This document shows positions 39,480 to 50,189 of a stretch of 64,000 bases of DNA, piece after piece; within the stretch, counting starts at the first letter, position 1, and every line of letters starts with the position of its first letter. A model generated the notes under the pieces. It worked only from the letters and a program-made list of their open reading frames with translations, made no database searches and was not told the DNA's origin. The position numbers and the translations under genes were made by a program. Source of the DNA: Bdellovibrionales bacterium (GTDB lineage: Bacteria; Bdellovibrionota; FAC87; UBA2466); assembly GCA_009692515.1 (NCBI GenBank), contig SHZA01000001.1:9824-73823 (forward strand). Direction: 5' to 3'.

Positions 39480-40175
39480 ATGAATAAAATCGTTAAGGAT
39501 GCAGACGAAGCAATAAAAGACATTTTCGACGGAGCTGTCATAGCTCTCGGAGGATTTGGCCTCTGTGGAATTCCTGAAAATTGCATTGCAGCGCTTGTCA
39601 AAAAGAGGGTTAAAAACCTAACCTGTATTTCAAATAATGCTGGAGTTGACGAGTTTGGAATCGGACTTCTTTTACAGCAACGCCAGGTAAAAAAAATGAT
39701 CTCAAGTTATGTAGGAGAAAATAAACTTTTTGAACAATTAGTGCTATCGGGTGAATTAGAACTAGAATTAACTCCACAAGGAACACTAGCCGAGAAACTA
39801 CGAGCGGGTGGGGCTGGGATTCCAGCGTTTTTTACAGCTACCGGTTATGGAACCGAGATTGCGAAAGGAAAAGAGGTAAGGCAATACGATGGTAAAAATT
39901 ATATTCTAGAGCGATCTTTATTTGCCGACTTTGCGATGGTAAAGGCCTGGAAAGGTGATGCCATGGGGAATCTAGTCTTTAGAGGAACCGCTAGAAATTT
40001 CAATCCTAATGTAGCGACAGCTAGTTATAAGACTATTGCAGAGGTAGAACATCTAGTTCCTGTTGGAGAGATCGATCCCGATCAAGTTCACGTTCCCGGT
40101 ATTTATATTAAAAGAATTTTTCAGGGAAAAAACTACGAGAAGCGCATTGAAAAGCGCAAGACATCAGAAGGGTAA
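39480..40175 (+). CDS. scoA: 3-oxoacid CoA-transferase subunit A
   Basis: GGFGLCGIPE, SNNAG, PQGTLAE.LRAGG.GIPAF. Confidence 0.94.
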   Translation: MNKIVKDADEAIKDIFDGAVIALGGFGLCGIPENCIAALVKKRVKNLTCISNNAGVDEFGIGLLLQQRQVKKMISSYVGENKLFEQLVLSGELELELTPQGTLAEKLRAGGAGIPAFFTATGYGTEIAKGKEVRQYDGKNYILERSLFADFAMVKAWKGDAMGNLVFRGTARNFNPNVATASYKTIAEVEHLVPVGEIDPDQVHVPGIYIKRIFQGKNYEKRIEKRKTSEG

Positions 40176-40180
40176 TCACC

Positions 40181-40837
40181 ATGTCACTAACTCGAGAACA
40201 GATAGCACAAAGAATTTCTCAGGAGCTGCAAGACGGTTTTTATGTCAATTTAGGAATCGGAATTCCTACACTTGTAGCAAACTACGTTCCCAAGGGCATC
40301 ACTGTAGTTTTACAAAGTGAAAATGGTTTACTCGGTGTCGGCCCCTACCCTAAAGAAAATCAGGTCGATGCCGACTACATCAATGCGGGAAAAGAAACGA
40401 TTACCACACTTCCAGGATCCTCTATTTTTTCTAGTGCGGAATCTTTCGCTATGATTCGTGGCGGTCATGTTGATTTAACGGTGATGGGCGCTATGGAGGT
40501 CGATGAATCGGGAAGCATCGCAAACTGGATCATTCCCGGAAAAATGGTTAAGGGCATGGGTGGAGCCATGGATTTAGTGGCTTGCGGAAGTCGTTTGATT
40601 ATAGCGATGCAACACGTTTCTAAAAATGGGGAGAGTAAAATTCTTCCTAAATGCAATTTACCACTCACAGGAGTGGCGGTAGTTAGTAAAATTGTGACTG
40701 AACTTGCTGTGATTGATGTGACTAAAGAGGGATTAGTCTTAAGAGAGCGGGCACCGGGAGTTTCTATCGAGGAGATTAAAATGGCTACTGCAGCCAGGCT
40801 TATTATCCCTAATGACGTATCAGAAATAAAAACCTAA
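40181..40837 (+). CDS. scoB: 3-oxoacid CoA-transferase subunit B
   Basis: NLGIGIPT, QSENG, GMGGAMDLV. Confidence 0.94.
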   Translation: MSLTREQIAQRISQELQDGFYVNLGIGIPTLVANYVPKGITVVLQSENGLLGVGPYPKENQVDADYINAGKETITTLPGSSIFSSAESFAMIRGGHVDLTVMGAMEVDESGSIANWIIPGKMVKGMGGAMDLVACGSRLIIAMQHVSKNGESKILPKCNLPLTGVAVVSKIVTELAVIDVTKEGLVLRERAPGVSIEEIKMATAARLIIPNDVSEIKT

Positions 40838-41899
40838 GCCCTTACCTTGAGGTAGGATCTCTTTCTTAAAGATTTCAGAGGCAATTATTTCATTACCTCT
40901 ACGATTATAATGCTGTCCATCGACATAAATAGTTTCTCTTACATTTTTAAAAATATCTTTCAAAGAAAACACCCTCAGTTTTGAGGACCTTAGTGCTTTT
41001 TCTTCTCCTGCTAAATAGGTTTTTCTAAAAGAATCTGCAAACGCTGAAAGCCTCATATTAGTTTCATTATTTCTAATCTCATCTTCTGTTAATATTTTTC
41101 CTGTTACGATCACCGGCTGGAAAAAGGTAGTAAACCTAATTCCTTTTGCTGCAGTGATCGATTGAATTTGCTCTTTCAAACTCACATACTGATCCCAAAG
41201 TTCCGGATGATAAACTCCCCGATTCATAGCCTCTCGGGCCTGAATCTTAGAACTAAAATAGGTATAGGTCTGACTAATAGTTAAAAGTTCTGCAAGAAAA
41301 CTTCTTTGTGAAGTTTCTGAATGAAGTCTCTGAAAAGCTAGTCTTGTGGGAGGGTCTAGAAAACCTCGACTCACCGGCTCCCAATTAGGTGCAATCCCCT
41401 GAGCGGTATCATTTAAACCATCGATTGAAATAATCCAATCAGGATTCATCTCAATTACCTTAAAAAAAACTAAAGCCGCCTCATGCCAAGATGCATACCA
41501 AGGAATGCCTGCATTGATCACACGAATATTTTTTGTTGTTTGTGACTTTAATTTTTCTCTTAAAAGAGCTGGAATGGTATCGACTTCATTAACTCCCCAA
41601 CCAAAAACGGTAGAGCCCCCGACAATTATAATGCGAAATTCATTCGCCGGTTTTTGAAAGGTAAATTCACTGTCTCTGAATCCGTGAAGATTGGTGGTGA
41701 CTGTCCATCCACCCATGTTTTCATTTAATTGTTTTTTAAGTCCAAATCCCAACATGGGTTCTTGATGGCTTAAAATCTTTTCTCCAAAAACCCCACTAGG
41801 ACGTTTAAGTTCTAAAAATCTGATCACTAAACGCCCTGCCCCCTCAGCCATAGTTAAGCAAATAACTGTGAGACCCATGATAATAAAAACTATTTTCAA
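40820..41899 (-). CDS. Membrane-anchored SGNH/GDSL hydrolase
   Basis: GGSTVFG, NAG, DGLND, DGQHYN; N-terminal TM helix. Confidence 0.82.
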   Translation of the reverse strand: MKIVFIIMGLTVICLTMAEGAGRLVIRFLELKRPSGVFGEKILSHQEPMLGFGLKKQLNENMGGWTVTTNLHGFRDSEFTFQKPANEFRIIIVGGSTVFGWGVNEVDTIPALLREKLKSQTTKNIRVINAGIPWYASWHEAALVFFKVIEMNPDWIISIDGLNDTAQGIAPNWEPVSRGFLDPPTRLAFQRLHSETSQRSFLAELLTISQTYTYFSSKIQAREAMNRGVYHPELWDQYVSLKEQIQSITAAKGIRFTTFFQPVIVTGKILTEDEIRNNETNMRLSAFADSFRKTYLAGEEKALRSSKLRVFSLKDIFKNVRETIYVDGQHYNRRGNEIIASEIFKKEILPQGKGLGFYF

Positions 41900-42035
41900 T
41901 CTTTTAAAAATACAAGGTCTCCTAAAAAAAATGGGGGGCCATAACTCTTGATAATTATATCGGTTTTACGACCTTAGATCACGTTAGATTTCTTAATTTG
42001 ATCCTAATAGAGCTTATGGTATTGCCTTAAATGTC

Positions 42036-43712
42036 ATGGACAATATCTGGTTAAATCACTATCCAAGCTCAGTTAACCCCAATTTATCCCAATCTATTGA
42101 GCTTTCTATTCCTGAGTTTTTTGCAAAGGTCATCACCCCTTCTAATCACGACATAGCGCTTCACTGCATGGAACACGAAATATCCTACGCAGAACTCAGC
42201 AGATTAAGTGACCATTTTGCCAGTTTTTTACAAAATGATTTGGGATTAAAAAAAGGGGATCGACTCGGCTTAGTGTTACCTAATATTATTCAGTTTCCAG
42301 TCGTTTTTTTTGCAGCTCAAAAACTAGGGATCATCTGCGTAGCCACCAACCCACAGTATACTCCGCGCGAGCTCCTTCACCAATTCAAGGATAGCGGCGT
42401 AACGGCTATTGTTATTTTGAATCTCTTTCTTGGTAATCTAGATAAAATAATAAAACAAACCGCAATTAAAACTGTAATCTCAACAGAGGTTGGAGATTTC
42501 TTTCCATTTCTAAAATCTAAACTGGTCTCTTCTGTAATGAGATATCGAGGACAAACAACTCCTACTCATTCAATACCAATAACTAAATATCGTGATTGCT
42601 TGGCAAGAGGGGCTAAAACACCCTTCATTCCTCCACAAATTTCTGCAAGTGATATTGCAATTCTACAATATACTGGAGGGACTACCGGAGTCTCTAAAGG
42701 GGCTATTCTTACTCACAAAAATATAATCGGTAATATTTGTCAGGTTCGTAATTGGATCGATTACAAACTAGAAAATGGCAAAGAGGTTATTCTCACCGCC
42801 CTTCCCATGTTTCATATTTTTGGACTTACTATTAATAGCCTTGTTTTTTTATCTCGTGGCGACAAGCTAATCTTAGTTCCGAAACCAACTCCTATTGAAA
42901 ATACGGTTAAAGTTTTTAAAAACCATCCCGTATCGATCGTCTTAGGAGTTAATACCTTATTTAATGCCCTAAATAATAATACAAAATTTAAAATGTTAGC
43001 CCCTCGTAACATTAAATTTTCTCTAGCAGGTGGAATGGCTCTACAGGAGAGTGTGGCTACCGCCTGGGAGAAAATTACCGGGAACCGACTTCTCCAAGGC
43101 TTTGGACTCACTGAAACGGCCCCAGTCACCCACATCGTTCCCATGGAAGGGCATTGGCCTAAAGGAAGTATTGGGCTTCCGGTACCTCAAACTCAAATTA
43201 AAATTATTAATGAAAACAATGAATCCGTTGCCAATGGAGATACGGGAGAACTTTGTATTTCTGGCCCACAGGTTATGGCAGGCTACTGGAATAACCCCGA
43301 AGAGACAGCCCATGTTTTAGATAAAGGCTGGTTAAAAACTGGAGACATCGCGCGAATGGATGAAAACGGTTTCTTTTTTATCATCGATAGAAAAAAGGAC
43401 ATGATCCTGGTTTCTGGCTTCAATGTCTTTCCTAATGAAGTTGAGAATACTATTGCTGCACACCCTAAGGTTTTAGAGGTTGCTGTGATTGGAGTGCCTC
43501 ATAAAACAGCCGGAGAGGTCGTAAAGGCTTTTATTATAGCAAAAGATAGCTCTCTCACTCAAAGAGAACTAACTGTTTTTTGCCGAGAACAATTAGCCTC
43601 TTATAAGGTACCCAGAATTTTTGAGTTCCGAGATTCTCTTCCTAAAACAATAGTGGGTAAAATACTACGTCGCGAACTAAGGGATCTGAATTCTCCAATC
43701 CATCCCAACTAG
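42036..43712 (+). CDS. fadD: Long-chain fatty acid-CoA ligase
   Basis: QYTGGTTGVSKG, GFGLTE, TGDIA, DRKKDMI.VSGFNV. Confidence 0.92.
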   Translation: MDNIWLNHYPSSVNPNLSQSIELSIPEFFAKVITPSNHDIALHCMEHEISYAELSRLSDHFASFLQNDLGLKKGDRLGLVLPNIIQFPVVFFAAQKLGIICVATNPQYTPRELLHQFKDSGVTAIVILNLFLGNLDKIIKQTAIKTVISTEVGDFFPFLKSKLVSSVMRYRGQTTPTHSIPITKYRDCLARGAKTPFIPPQISASDIAILQYTGGTTGVSKGAILTHKNIIGNICQVRNWIDYKLENGKEVILTALPMFHIFGLTINSLVFLSRGDKLILVPKPTPIENTVKVFKNHPVSIVLGVNTLFNALNNNTKFKMLAPRNIKFSLAGGMALQESVATAWEKITGNRLLQGFGLTETAPVTHIVPMEGHWPKGSIGLPVPQTQIKIINENNESVANGDTGELCISGPQVMAGYWNNPEETAHVLDKGWLKTGDIARMDENGFFFIIDRKKDMILVSGFNVFPNEVENTIAAHPKVLEVAVIGVPHKTAGEVVKAFIIAKDSSLTQRELTVFCREQLASYKVPRIFEFRDSLPKTIVGKILRRELRDLNSPIHPN

Positions 43713-43752
43713 ACTCCATTTTTTTGATAAACCTAATTTACCTTTTCATTTA

Positions 43753-44205
43753 TCAAGATTGCGCTTCTATGACTACCTTCGCGGCTATGGAATTTGCAAT
43801 AAAGCAATACTTATGAGCCTTAGCATGAAGTTCATTTATTTTTTCAAACGATACCGGCTCGGTAGAATCAAAAACTACCTTTGGATGCAAGGTAATCTGG
43901 GTTACACACATTTTACCTTCAGTATTTTTATCTAAAACCGCTACAGCCTGATCGGTATAGCTGATCACATTGAGTCGGCTTTTTGAAGCCACCGCTAGAA
44001 AGGTCAACATGTGACAGCTAGCAAGAGCGGATGCTAATAGTTCTTCCGGATTAACGAAACTAGCCTTACCTTGAAATTCTGGAGCTGAAGAGGCCTTACA
44101 ATTAATTCCTCCACCAAACTCTATTAGATGAGTTCTATCAAAAGTATCATAATCAAAATGAGGGGTTTCTCTTTTCCATGTGACACGGGCTTTATATTCT
44201 GACAT
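43753..44205 (-). CDS. OsmC/Ohr family protein
   Basis: NPEELLASALASCHMLTFL and AHKYCFIANS. Confidence 0.9.
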   Translation of the reverse strand: MSEYKARVTWKRETPHFDYDTFDRTHLIEFGGGINCKASSAPEFQGKASFVNPEELLASALASCHMLTFLAVASKSRLNVISYTDQAVAVLDKNTEGKMCVTQITLHPKVVFDSTEPVSFEKINELHAKAHKYCFIANSIAAKVVIEAQS

Positions 44206-44223
44206 AGGTCTCTCTTCTTAAAA

Positions 44224-45225
44224 TTAAGATTCTAATTCTTCAGTTTCTTGTACACCCTGTTCATTTATCATGTTTTTATTTTTTATTTTTTTATCAACAT
44301 CGATAAGACTCAATACGTTCCTTTCGATATTATAACAAATATTTTTCAAAGGAAGGTGACTTAAATTTCTGGGGGAAAATGGATTTTGTAGTTCCGCTCC
44401 AATTTCATCTAAGTTAAATAAGGGATAGGCGGCCAGAACCACAACTAAAGGAGTGAGCCAGAAAACCTTATCAACTAATCCAAGCGGTAATAACATTAAA
44501 AACAAAAGAATAAATCTTCTTATGATAATAGCTAAAGAAAGAGGAATTGGAGTGTTTCTAATTCTTTCACAGGCTCCGATAGCATCAATTAATAGAGCTC
44601 TTTCTCTTTCGGCTCGCTGAAAGGCAAAGTTATCGAGTCCTTGACCTCTCAAATTATTTATTAGGCTAGCTATTTTGGCCCCCGCATAAGTGGGCATGTG
44701 CTGACTATTACGAATTTTTTCAGTTTCTTCGCTACCTAATAGATTAAGCACCTCAACCAACTCTTTTTCATTTCTTAAAGACTCTCGCATTACATGAGGC
44801 CATGCAGCTACCCAACTCAAAAATATAATTCCTTCAGTTTTAGTCACATTACTGTATTCGTAACCAATGATAGCTAAATTTCGACTCTGGTTAACAATAT
44901 TGCCCCACAATTTTCTGGCTTCCCACCAACGATCTAATCCAGCATTAATGCGGATCACTAAAAAAAGACCTAGAACAGCGCCTGAATATTCAAAGGGAGT
45001 GATTGAAATAGAAACTTCCGGATACAAATGAAACAGTAAAGAACATCCGAGTGAAAAAATAGCTGTCATAACAACTCTGAAGAAAACTTTAGGAGAGGCC
45101 GAGCCTGTAATAGCTATAGCCGTTCGTAAAAAACTTTTATTTTCACCTCTGTTAGTTAAATCGGCCCTAACCTCTTTTAAAGTATTCAGTGTAGTATCAG
45201 CGCTGATTTTATATTTTTTAGCCAT
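44224..45225 (-). CDS. Bestrophin-family ion channel (YneE-like)
   Basis: RWWEARKLWG, GACERIRNTPIP, ELQNPF. Confidence 0.9.
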   Translation of the reverse strand: MAKKYKISADTTLNTLKEVRADLTNRGENKSFLRTAIAITGSASPKVFFRVVMTAIFSLGCSLLFHLYPEVSISITPFEYSGAVLGLFLVIRINAGLDRWWEARKLWGNIVNQSRNLAIIGYEYSNVTKTEGIIFLSWVAAWPHVMRESLRNEKELVEVLNLLGSEETEKIRNSQHMPTYAGAKIASLINNLRGQGLDNFAFQRAERERALLIDAIGACERIRNTPIPLSLAIIIRRFILLFLMLLPLGLVDKVFWLTPLVVVLAAYPLFNLDEIGAELQNPFSPRNLSHLPLKNICYNIERNVLSLIDVDKKIKNKNMINEQGVQETEELES

Positions 45226-45234
45226 GGCTTTACG

Positions 45235-47289
45235 CTAACATAGTTTATGAGTTCTAAACACCCTTAAACTTTTTGCAAACTGGGGGTGATTAAGAATTCT
45301 TTCTTGAAAATCTTGGTGCGCAGATTCAGGAACATCAACAGGGAATTTAGTATGACTTTTTTTCCATCGTTCCAACCATTGAGATGATAGCAGAGAAAAA
45401 CTAAATACTTTTTCTAGTGCCAACTGAGAAAGTGCCACGGTAGTTTCCGATTTAGGTCCGGTACCTACACCACGGGCTACGAAAAATCCTGCACCTAGCA
45501 ATGCAGCTCTGACTGCGGTCGAACTAGAGTAGGTATAAAGTTCAATAGATTGATCCCGACATTTCTCATGAATATTTTGAAAACATTCTAAGCTCCAAAG
45601 AGATGTGTTGGTTTTAGCAGAATAGGGATCGAAATAAATAACATCTGGATTAGGAGCCGATTTCATGGTTTCAATGAAATCACCCTCTATTAATGTCCAC
45701 TGTAAAGAGGTCTTCTTAGAATTCCACTCTTTAAATTCCACTAAGGTGGAAGGCCCTGGATGCCGAATATGCGGTAATAAATTAGGATGTTTCAACGCTA
45801 GTTTCAAAGAGTCTAAGTTGTTTTCAAAACTAACAATATGCAAAGGCCTTAGCCTTTCTTTTCCACTGCTATGAAGCATTTCATAAGCGCGAATTGCTGC
45901 CATTGCGTTAGTGGCTCCGCCTAAACCGACATCCCAAACTCTGAGAGGTTCTTCTGAGTCTTCTCGAAGTTTAGAAATTAATTTAGACTGATTAATGTAG
46001 AGTGCCTCTGCCTCAGAAGAGGGATCATTCACCGAATGCATGACCTCCCCAGACGGATTATGTCGAATACTAAAACTACCCGAGGGATTTTCACAAATTT
46101 CATGATCATTTAAAATTCGAGAGATCACACGTTTACGCTTTGAAGGTACTGTGTTTTTAGGAGGCCGAAGGGGATCTGTCTGCACTAAAACTTTTCTTTG
46201 CCTTAAATAATACTCATAAAAAGTATTTTGCAAAATGTGTTCTCGCATCTCTTTCATTAAGGCGGAGTAAAAATATAAATTGTGCTGGCCTACTAATTGC
46301 CAACCCAAATTTTCTCTCACCTGAAAAAGATGATACAAATAAGCAAGCGAGTGTTTTTGACAAGTAGGGCAAGGGCATTCAGGGTCTAAACCCTCTTCGG
46401 CAAAACGATAAACACCTCTACGTAGGTCAAATTTTCCTTGAGAAGTATAGGCGACTCCCTGCTGAGCCATTGCGGTCGGCAAGATGCAATCAAACATATC
46501 GACACCCCGATGAACCGCCTCTAATAAATCGATAGGGGTGCCCACTCCCATCAGGTAACGAGGTAAGTTTTTAGGTAAGAGAGCTGCGGTGAATTCTGTT
46601 AAATCTTCCCGCTCGGATTTACCCTCTCCTACGGCCAGTCCGCCAATAGCAAAACCATCAAAAGGAATTTGCGTTAGAGTATCTGCGCTTTGGCGACGCA
46701 GGCCCTGAAAACAGGCCCCCTGTACGATGCCAAAAAGGGATTGGGGAGAGTCGCCTCTAGCCACTAAACTACGATGGGCCCATCGGTGGGTCAGTTCCAT
46801 CGCCAGCTTGGCCTCCTTTTCCTCTGCGGTAGAAGGAATACACTGGTCTAGTACCATCATAATATCTGAGCCGATGGCTTTTTGAGTTGCAATACTAATC
46901 TCAGGGCTTAGCACCTGAGTGCTATTATCGACATAACTTTTAAACCTTGCCCCCTCCTCGGTCATGAGTCGTGAATTTTCTAAAGAAAAAATTTGAAAGC
47001 CGCCCGAATCGGTCAAAACAGAATTGGGCCAGGACATAAACTTATGTATTCCCCCAAAATGCTTAAAGACCTCAGCTCCTGGACGCAACATCAGATGATA
47101 GGTATTAGCGAGTAAAATTGGAAATTTGAGTGTCTCTAAAGTTTCAGGCCGCTGGGCCCTAACCGTGGCATGAGTGCCTACCGGCATAAAAATTGGAGTC
47201 TGCACTTCATTATGCAACGTGCGAAATTCGGTGGCTCTAGCCTTAGAATTTTCAGTTTCAGCTAATAATTTAAACTTTAAACGGCTCAT
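45235..47289 (-). CDS. tgt: Queuine tRNA-ribosyltransferase fused to an MnmC-like SAM-dependent methyltransferase
   Basis: TPIFMPVGT, NTYHL, TDSGGFQ, GGLAVGE, DMFDC, CPCPTC zinc site; C-terminal WDVGLGGATN and YFDPYS..N..LWS. Confidence 0.92.
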   Translation of the reverse strand: MSRLKFKLLAETENSKARATEFRTLHNEVQTPIFMPVGTHATVRAQRPETLETLKFPILLANTYHLMLRPGAEVFKHFGGIHKFMSWPNSVLTDSGGFQIFSLENSRLMTEEGARFKSYVDNSTQVLSPEISIATQKAIGSDIMMVLDQCIPSTAEEKEAKLAMELTHRWAHRSLVARGDSPQSLFGIVQGACFQGLRRQSADTLTQIPFDGFAIGGLAVGEGKSEREDLTEFTAALLPKNLPRYLMGVGTPIDLLEAVHRGVDMFDCILPTAMAQQGVAYTSQGKFDLRRGVYRFAEEGLDPECPCPTCQKHSLAYLYHLFQVRENLGWQLVGQHNLYFYSALMKEMREHILQNTFYEYYLRQRKVLVQTDPLRPPKNTVPSKRKRVISRILNDHEICENPSGSFSIRHNPSGEVMHSVNDPSSEAEALYINQSKLISKLREDSEEPLRVWDVGLGGATNAMAAIRAYEMLHSSGKERLRPLHIVSFENNLDSLKLALKHPNLLPHIRHPGPSTLVEFKEWNSKKTSLQWTLIEGDFIETMKSAPNPDVIYFDPYSAKTNTSLWSLECFQNIHEKCRDQSIELYTYSSSTAVRAALLGAGFFVARGVGTGPKSETTVALSQLALEKVFSFSLLSSQWLERWKKSHTKFPVDVPESAHQDFQERILNHPQFAKSLRVFRTHKLC

Positions 47290-47411
47290 TAAGGCCCACA
47301 CCGTAGCCTGGACTAGCCTTTTGAGAAAGGAGATATTTCAGTTTTTTTCCACAAACTACCCCTCCAGACCTCATGGAGTAGCTTTCAAAGACTATCTATT
47401 CTGTATTTAGC

Positions 47412-48230
47412 CTAGATAAAAATTCGAATAAGTCCGGACAGAAAAAGTAAAATTCCAAATAAAACAACCAAGCAGGCTCCAGTAGGAAGGTCAAAAAAGT
47501 AGGATGCTGTTAATCCAAAGACGCTGGCTAAAAAACCTACACTCCAACCAATCGTCAGCCTACCTCGTATCGTTTTACTAAAAAGCATCCCAATCACAGA
47601 TGGAACCACTAAATAGGAAAATACTAAAAGAACACCGGCTACTTTAACCGAGCTCGTAATAACAAAACCAAAACTTGAGTAGAACAACATATCCCAAAGT
47701 TTTAAAGAATATTTTTTTCGTTTAGCCTCTTCAGGATTTAAAGAGATTAGCAGGAATTGCTTTCTAAACTTGAAATGAAAAATAGAGATCACGGAGTACA
47801 ATCCCAGGGTCATAAGCACCTCGGGCCAAGTGACCCAAAGAATATTTCCCACGAGCATATCTTTAATGTGCTCTGCCCCATGGCTAGATTTATCCATCAA
47901 AAGAATAATAGCGGCACTGCTAATCGCATAGGTGACACCAATAATGGCCTCCTGGGGAACCTTTCTTTTTTCCACATTTCTAGTCGTTGCAAAAACGGCG
48001 GCCCCTAAAAGCGTGAAGGCTAAACTCACAAAGTAGGTAGCTCCACCTTCATGGGGTAGGCCAAAAAGAAAGGCCACGGTAGCTCCTAAGGCTGCAATTT
48101 GGGCTAGAGCAAGATCTACAAAAATTACGCCCCTAGAAATGACATGAATACCTAGGTAAACATGAATACCGGTGAGAATAAGACAAATACAAAACGGAGC
48201 CATTAAGAATTGAATCACTTCCCATTTCAT
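47412..48230 (-). CDS. Metal ABC transporter permease (ZnuB/MntB-like)
   Basis: GVIFVDLALAQ, LVGNILWV, GVLLVFSYLVVP. Confidence 0.88.
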   Translation of the reverse strand: MKWEVIQFLMAPFCICLILTGIHVYLGIHVISRGVIFVDLALAQIAALGATVAFLFGLPHEGGATYFVSLAFTLLGAAVFATTRNVEKRKVPQEAIIGVTYAISSAAIILLMDKSSHGAEHIKDMLVGNILWVTWPEVLMTLGLYSVISIFHFKFRKQFLLISLNPEEAKRKKYSLKLWDMLFYSSFGFVITSSVKVAGVLLVFSYLVVPSVIGMLFSKTIRGRLTIGWSVGFLASVFGLTASYFFDLPTGACLVVLFGILLFLSGLIRIFI

Positions 48231-49132
48231 TTTAAATTCATCTCTAAGTTATTAACTACCGTATCCATCCAATCAAAATAATTTTTAGAACTATCATCGC
48301 CACCCACATAAGCTGGAATCATTACAAGTTTGGCCTTTGTTTTTTCTGCTAAGGTCACACCAGGTTTAGGATCGAAAAAGTTTTCTATGACAATAATCTT
48401 CACTTTTTTTATCTTTGCAGTTTCTATTAATTTTAAAATATGCTGAGCGGTAGGTGAAATACCAGGTTTAGGTTCTAGAAATCCAACGACGTCAAAATCA
48501 AAAAATTTAAATAGGTAGTTAAAGGTCATGTGATAACCGATGACTTTAATTCCTTTAAAGGGCCCCATTTTTTGTTTCCAAACGGCAATTTTATTTAGAA
48601 GCTTCAGTTTAAATCTTTCTAGATTTTGTTTGAAATTTTTAGCATGTGCAGGATCTAATTCGGAAAGTCTTTTCGAAATTAATTCTGCAACTAAAATAAC
48701 TCGCTGAGGATCTGCCATAAAATGGGGGTTTCCCAAGGGGTGAATATCACCGTCAGATCTATCGGCTTGTGCCCGAATCTCAATGGGGATAATGGCTTCA
48801 GAAACAGATAAACACCCCGGTTCCCCCGGAAGTAGTTTCGGTTGGCGAGCACCACGAAGAAGAAGGGGCAACCAACCACTTTCCAATTCAAGCCCAATGG
48901 AAATGACTAGATCGGCCCGACTCACCGCCACCAAAAACGAAGGTTTCGCTTCGACATAATGAGGGTCCTGTGTGCCTTTAGCTATCGACGATACAGAGAT
49001 GAATTCATCTCCGATAGCCTCGGTTATCGAGCGCAGGTCCTCCGTAGTCGTAACGATCCGTAAATTCGCAATAGCAGAACGGGTTATCAATCCGCTTAAA
49101 ACAGAAAACAGTATCCATAATTTAATAGGCAT
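48227..49132 (-). CDS. Metal ABC substrate-binding protein (ZnuA/TroA-like)
   Basis: QDPHYVE, GNPHF, YH, EPKPG. Confidence 0.9.
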   Translation of the reverse strand: MPIKLWILFSVLSGLITRSAIANLRIVTTTEDLRSITEAIGDEFISVSSIAKGTQDPHYVEAKPSFLVAVSRADLVISIGLELESGWLPLLLRGARQPKLLPGEPGCLSVSEAIIPIEIRAQADRSDGDIHPLGNPHFMADPQRVILVAELISKRLSELDPAHAKNFKQNLERFKLKLLNKIAVWKQKMGPFKGIKVIGYHMTFNYLFKFFDFDVVGFLEPKPGISPTAQHILKLIETAKIKKVKIIVIENFFDPKPGVTLAEKTKAKLVMIPAYVGGDDSSKNYFDWMDTVVNNLEMNLK

Positions 49133-50189
49133 GAGCTGGATGTGATCCGATCGTGACGTTGAGTTGAACTAAACTTTGCCACCGCGAACTAGAAACTCCC
49201 GGTTTTTGAGATAGTCCACTCTGAAAACGTATCGTTGAAAATTCAGTAGGAACATAGGCTATCACAAAATTTTCTGCCATCTCTTTTGTAGTCCCAGTAG
49301 CAGTTAAATTGACCTGATCCCATCGGCATCCTATCCAAATAACAGGGTGAATTCTAGCCATTAAATTAGAGTAGACTCCCCAACCGTGTCCCCATTTATT
49401 GGGGTTTGCCGTTACTAGGCCCGGTCGCAGGCCTGAAATAATTTCATTCGTCCAAATTAGAGCAAAGTTGCCTCGTCCTTTTGGAGAAAGGTATTTAATT
49501 GAGAGGTCTAATCCTAAAAACTGAGAAAGTTTTGCCTGGATATTTTCGCCAAAGGAATAGGACACTCCCAATCCTAAAGTGGTTGAATCGGTAAGATCCC
49601 ACAGATTTTCTAAATGGGTAACATTAGCAAGATTTTCATCTTGAGCAGAGGAAAAAAGTCCGGCCATCTTTGCAGAAACTGCAGACACGCTTAAATTAAC
49701 ATACCAAGGCAACGGCACTAAAATATCGGCCTGAATTCCCACCGAATTAAAGGCCTCCTCTCCTAAAATTAATCGATTAACTAAAGGACGATCAATAAGA
49801 GGCTGTGCGTGGGTATGAATTAAATTATTTTTTCCAAAGTTAGTTAAGAATTTTCCAGTTTTAAAAGACACCACAGGTAAACCAAGAGTGATAACCCACC
49901 CCTCTTCAACCTCTAAAGGGCCCCCACCTTCACTACTCAAAATAAAATTCGCAAAGAAATAGGGGTCTACAGCCGCCGTAAACTGCCCCTCTAGCTCCTG
50001 AATCTGAATGCCTTTGCCGGTCTCAATTGCCGACCCCCAATTGCCTAGAAAAAGACCATTCATGCTAATGGCCGGATTCATGGTGCGATCAACCATTTGA
50101 GTTCCACCCAAAAGTTTCCCATAGAAAAAAGTTTCTGCAAAAACTGGAACTGCAAAAAATACTATCCATCCCATTACTAAAAACTTCAT
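49122..50189 (-). CDS. Outer-membrane beta-barrel protein associated with metal uptake
   Basis: Signal peptide, NPAIS, VDPYF, N..HTH, C-terminal GSHPAHAY; RBS AAGGAG. Confidence 0.75.
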   Translation of the reverse strand: MKFLVMGWIVFFAVPVFAETFFYGKLLGGTQMVDRTMNPAISMNGLFLGNWGSAIETGKGIQIQELEGQFTAAVDPYFFANFILSSEGGGPLEVEEGWVITLGLPVVSFKTGKFLTNFGKNNLIHTHAQPLIDRPLVNRLILGEEAFNSVGIQADILVPLPWYVNLSVSAVSAKMAGLFSSAQDENLANVTHLENLWDLTDSTTLGLGVSYSFGENIQAKLSQFLGLDLSIKYLSPKGRGNFALIWTNEIISGLRPGLVTANPNKWGHGWGVYSNLMARIHPVIWIGCRWDQVNLTATGTTKEMAENFVIAYVPTEFSTIRFQSGLSQKPGVSSSRWQSLVQLNVTIGSHPAHAY

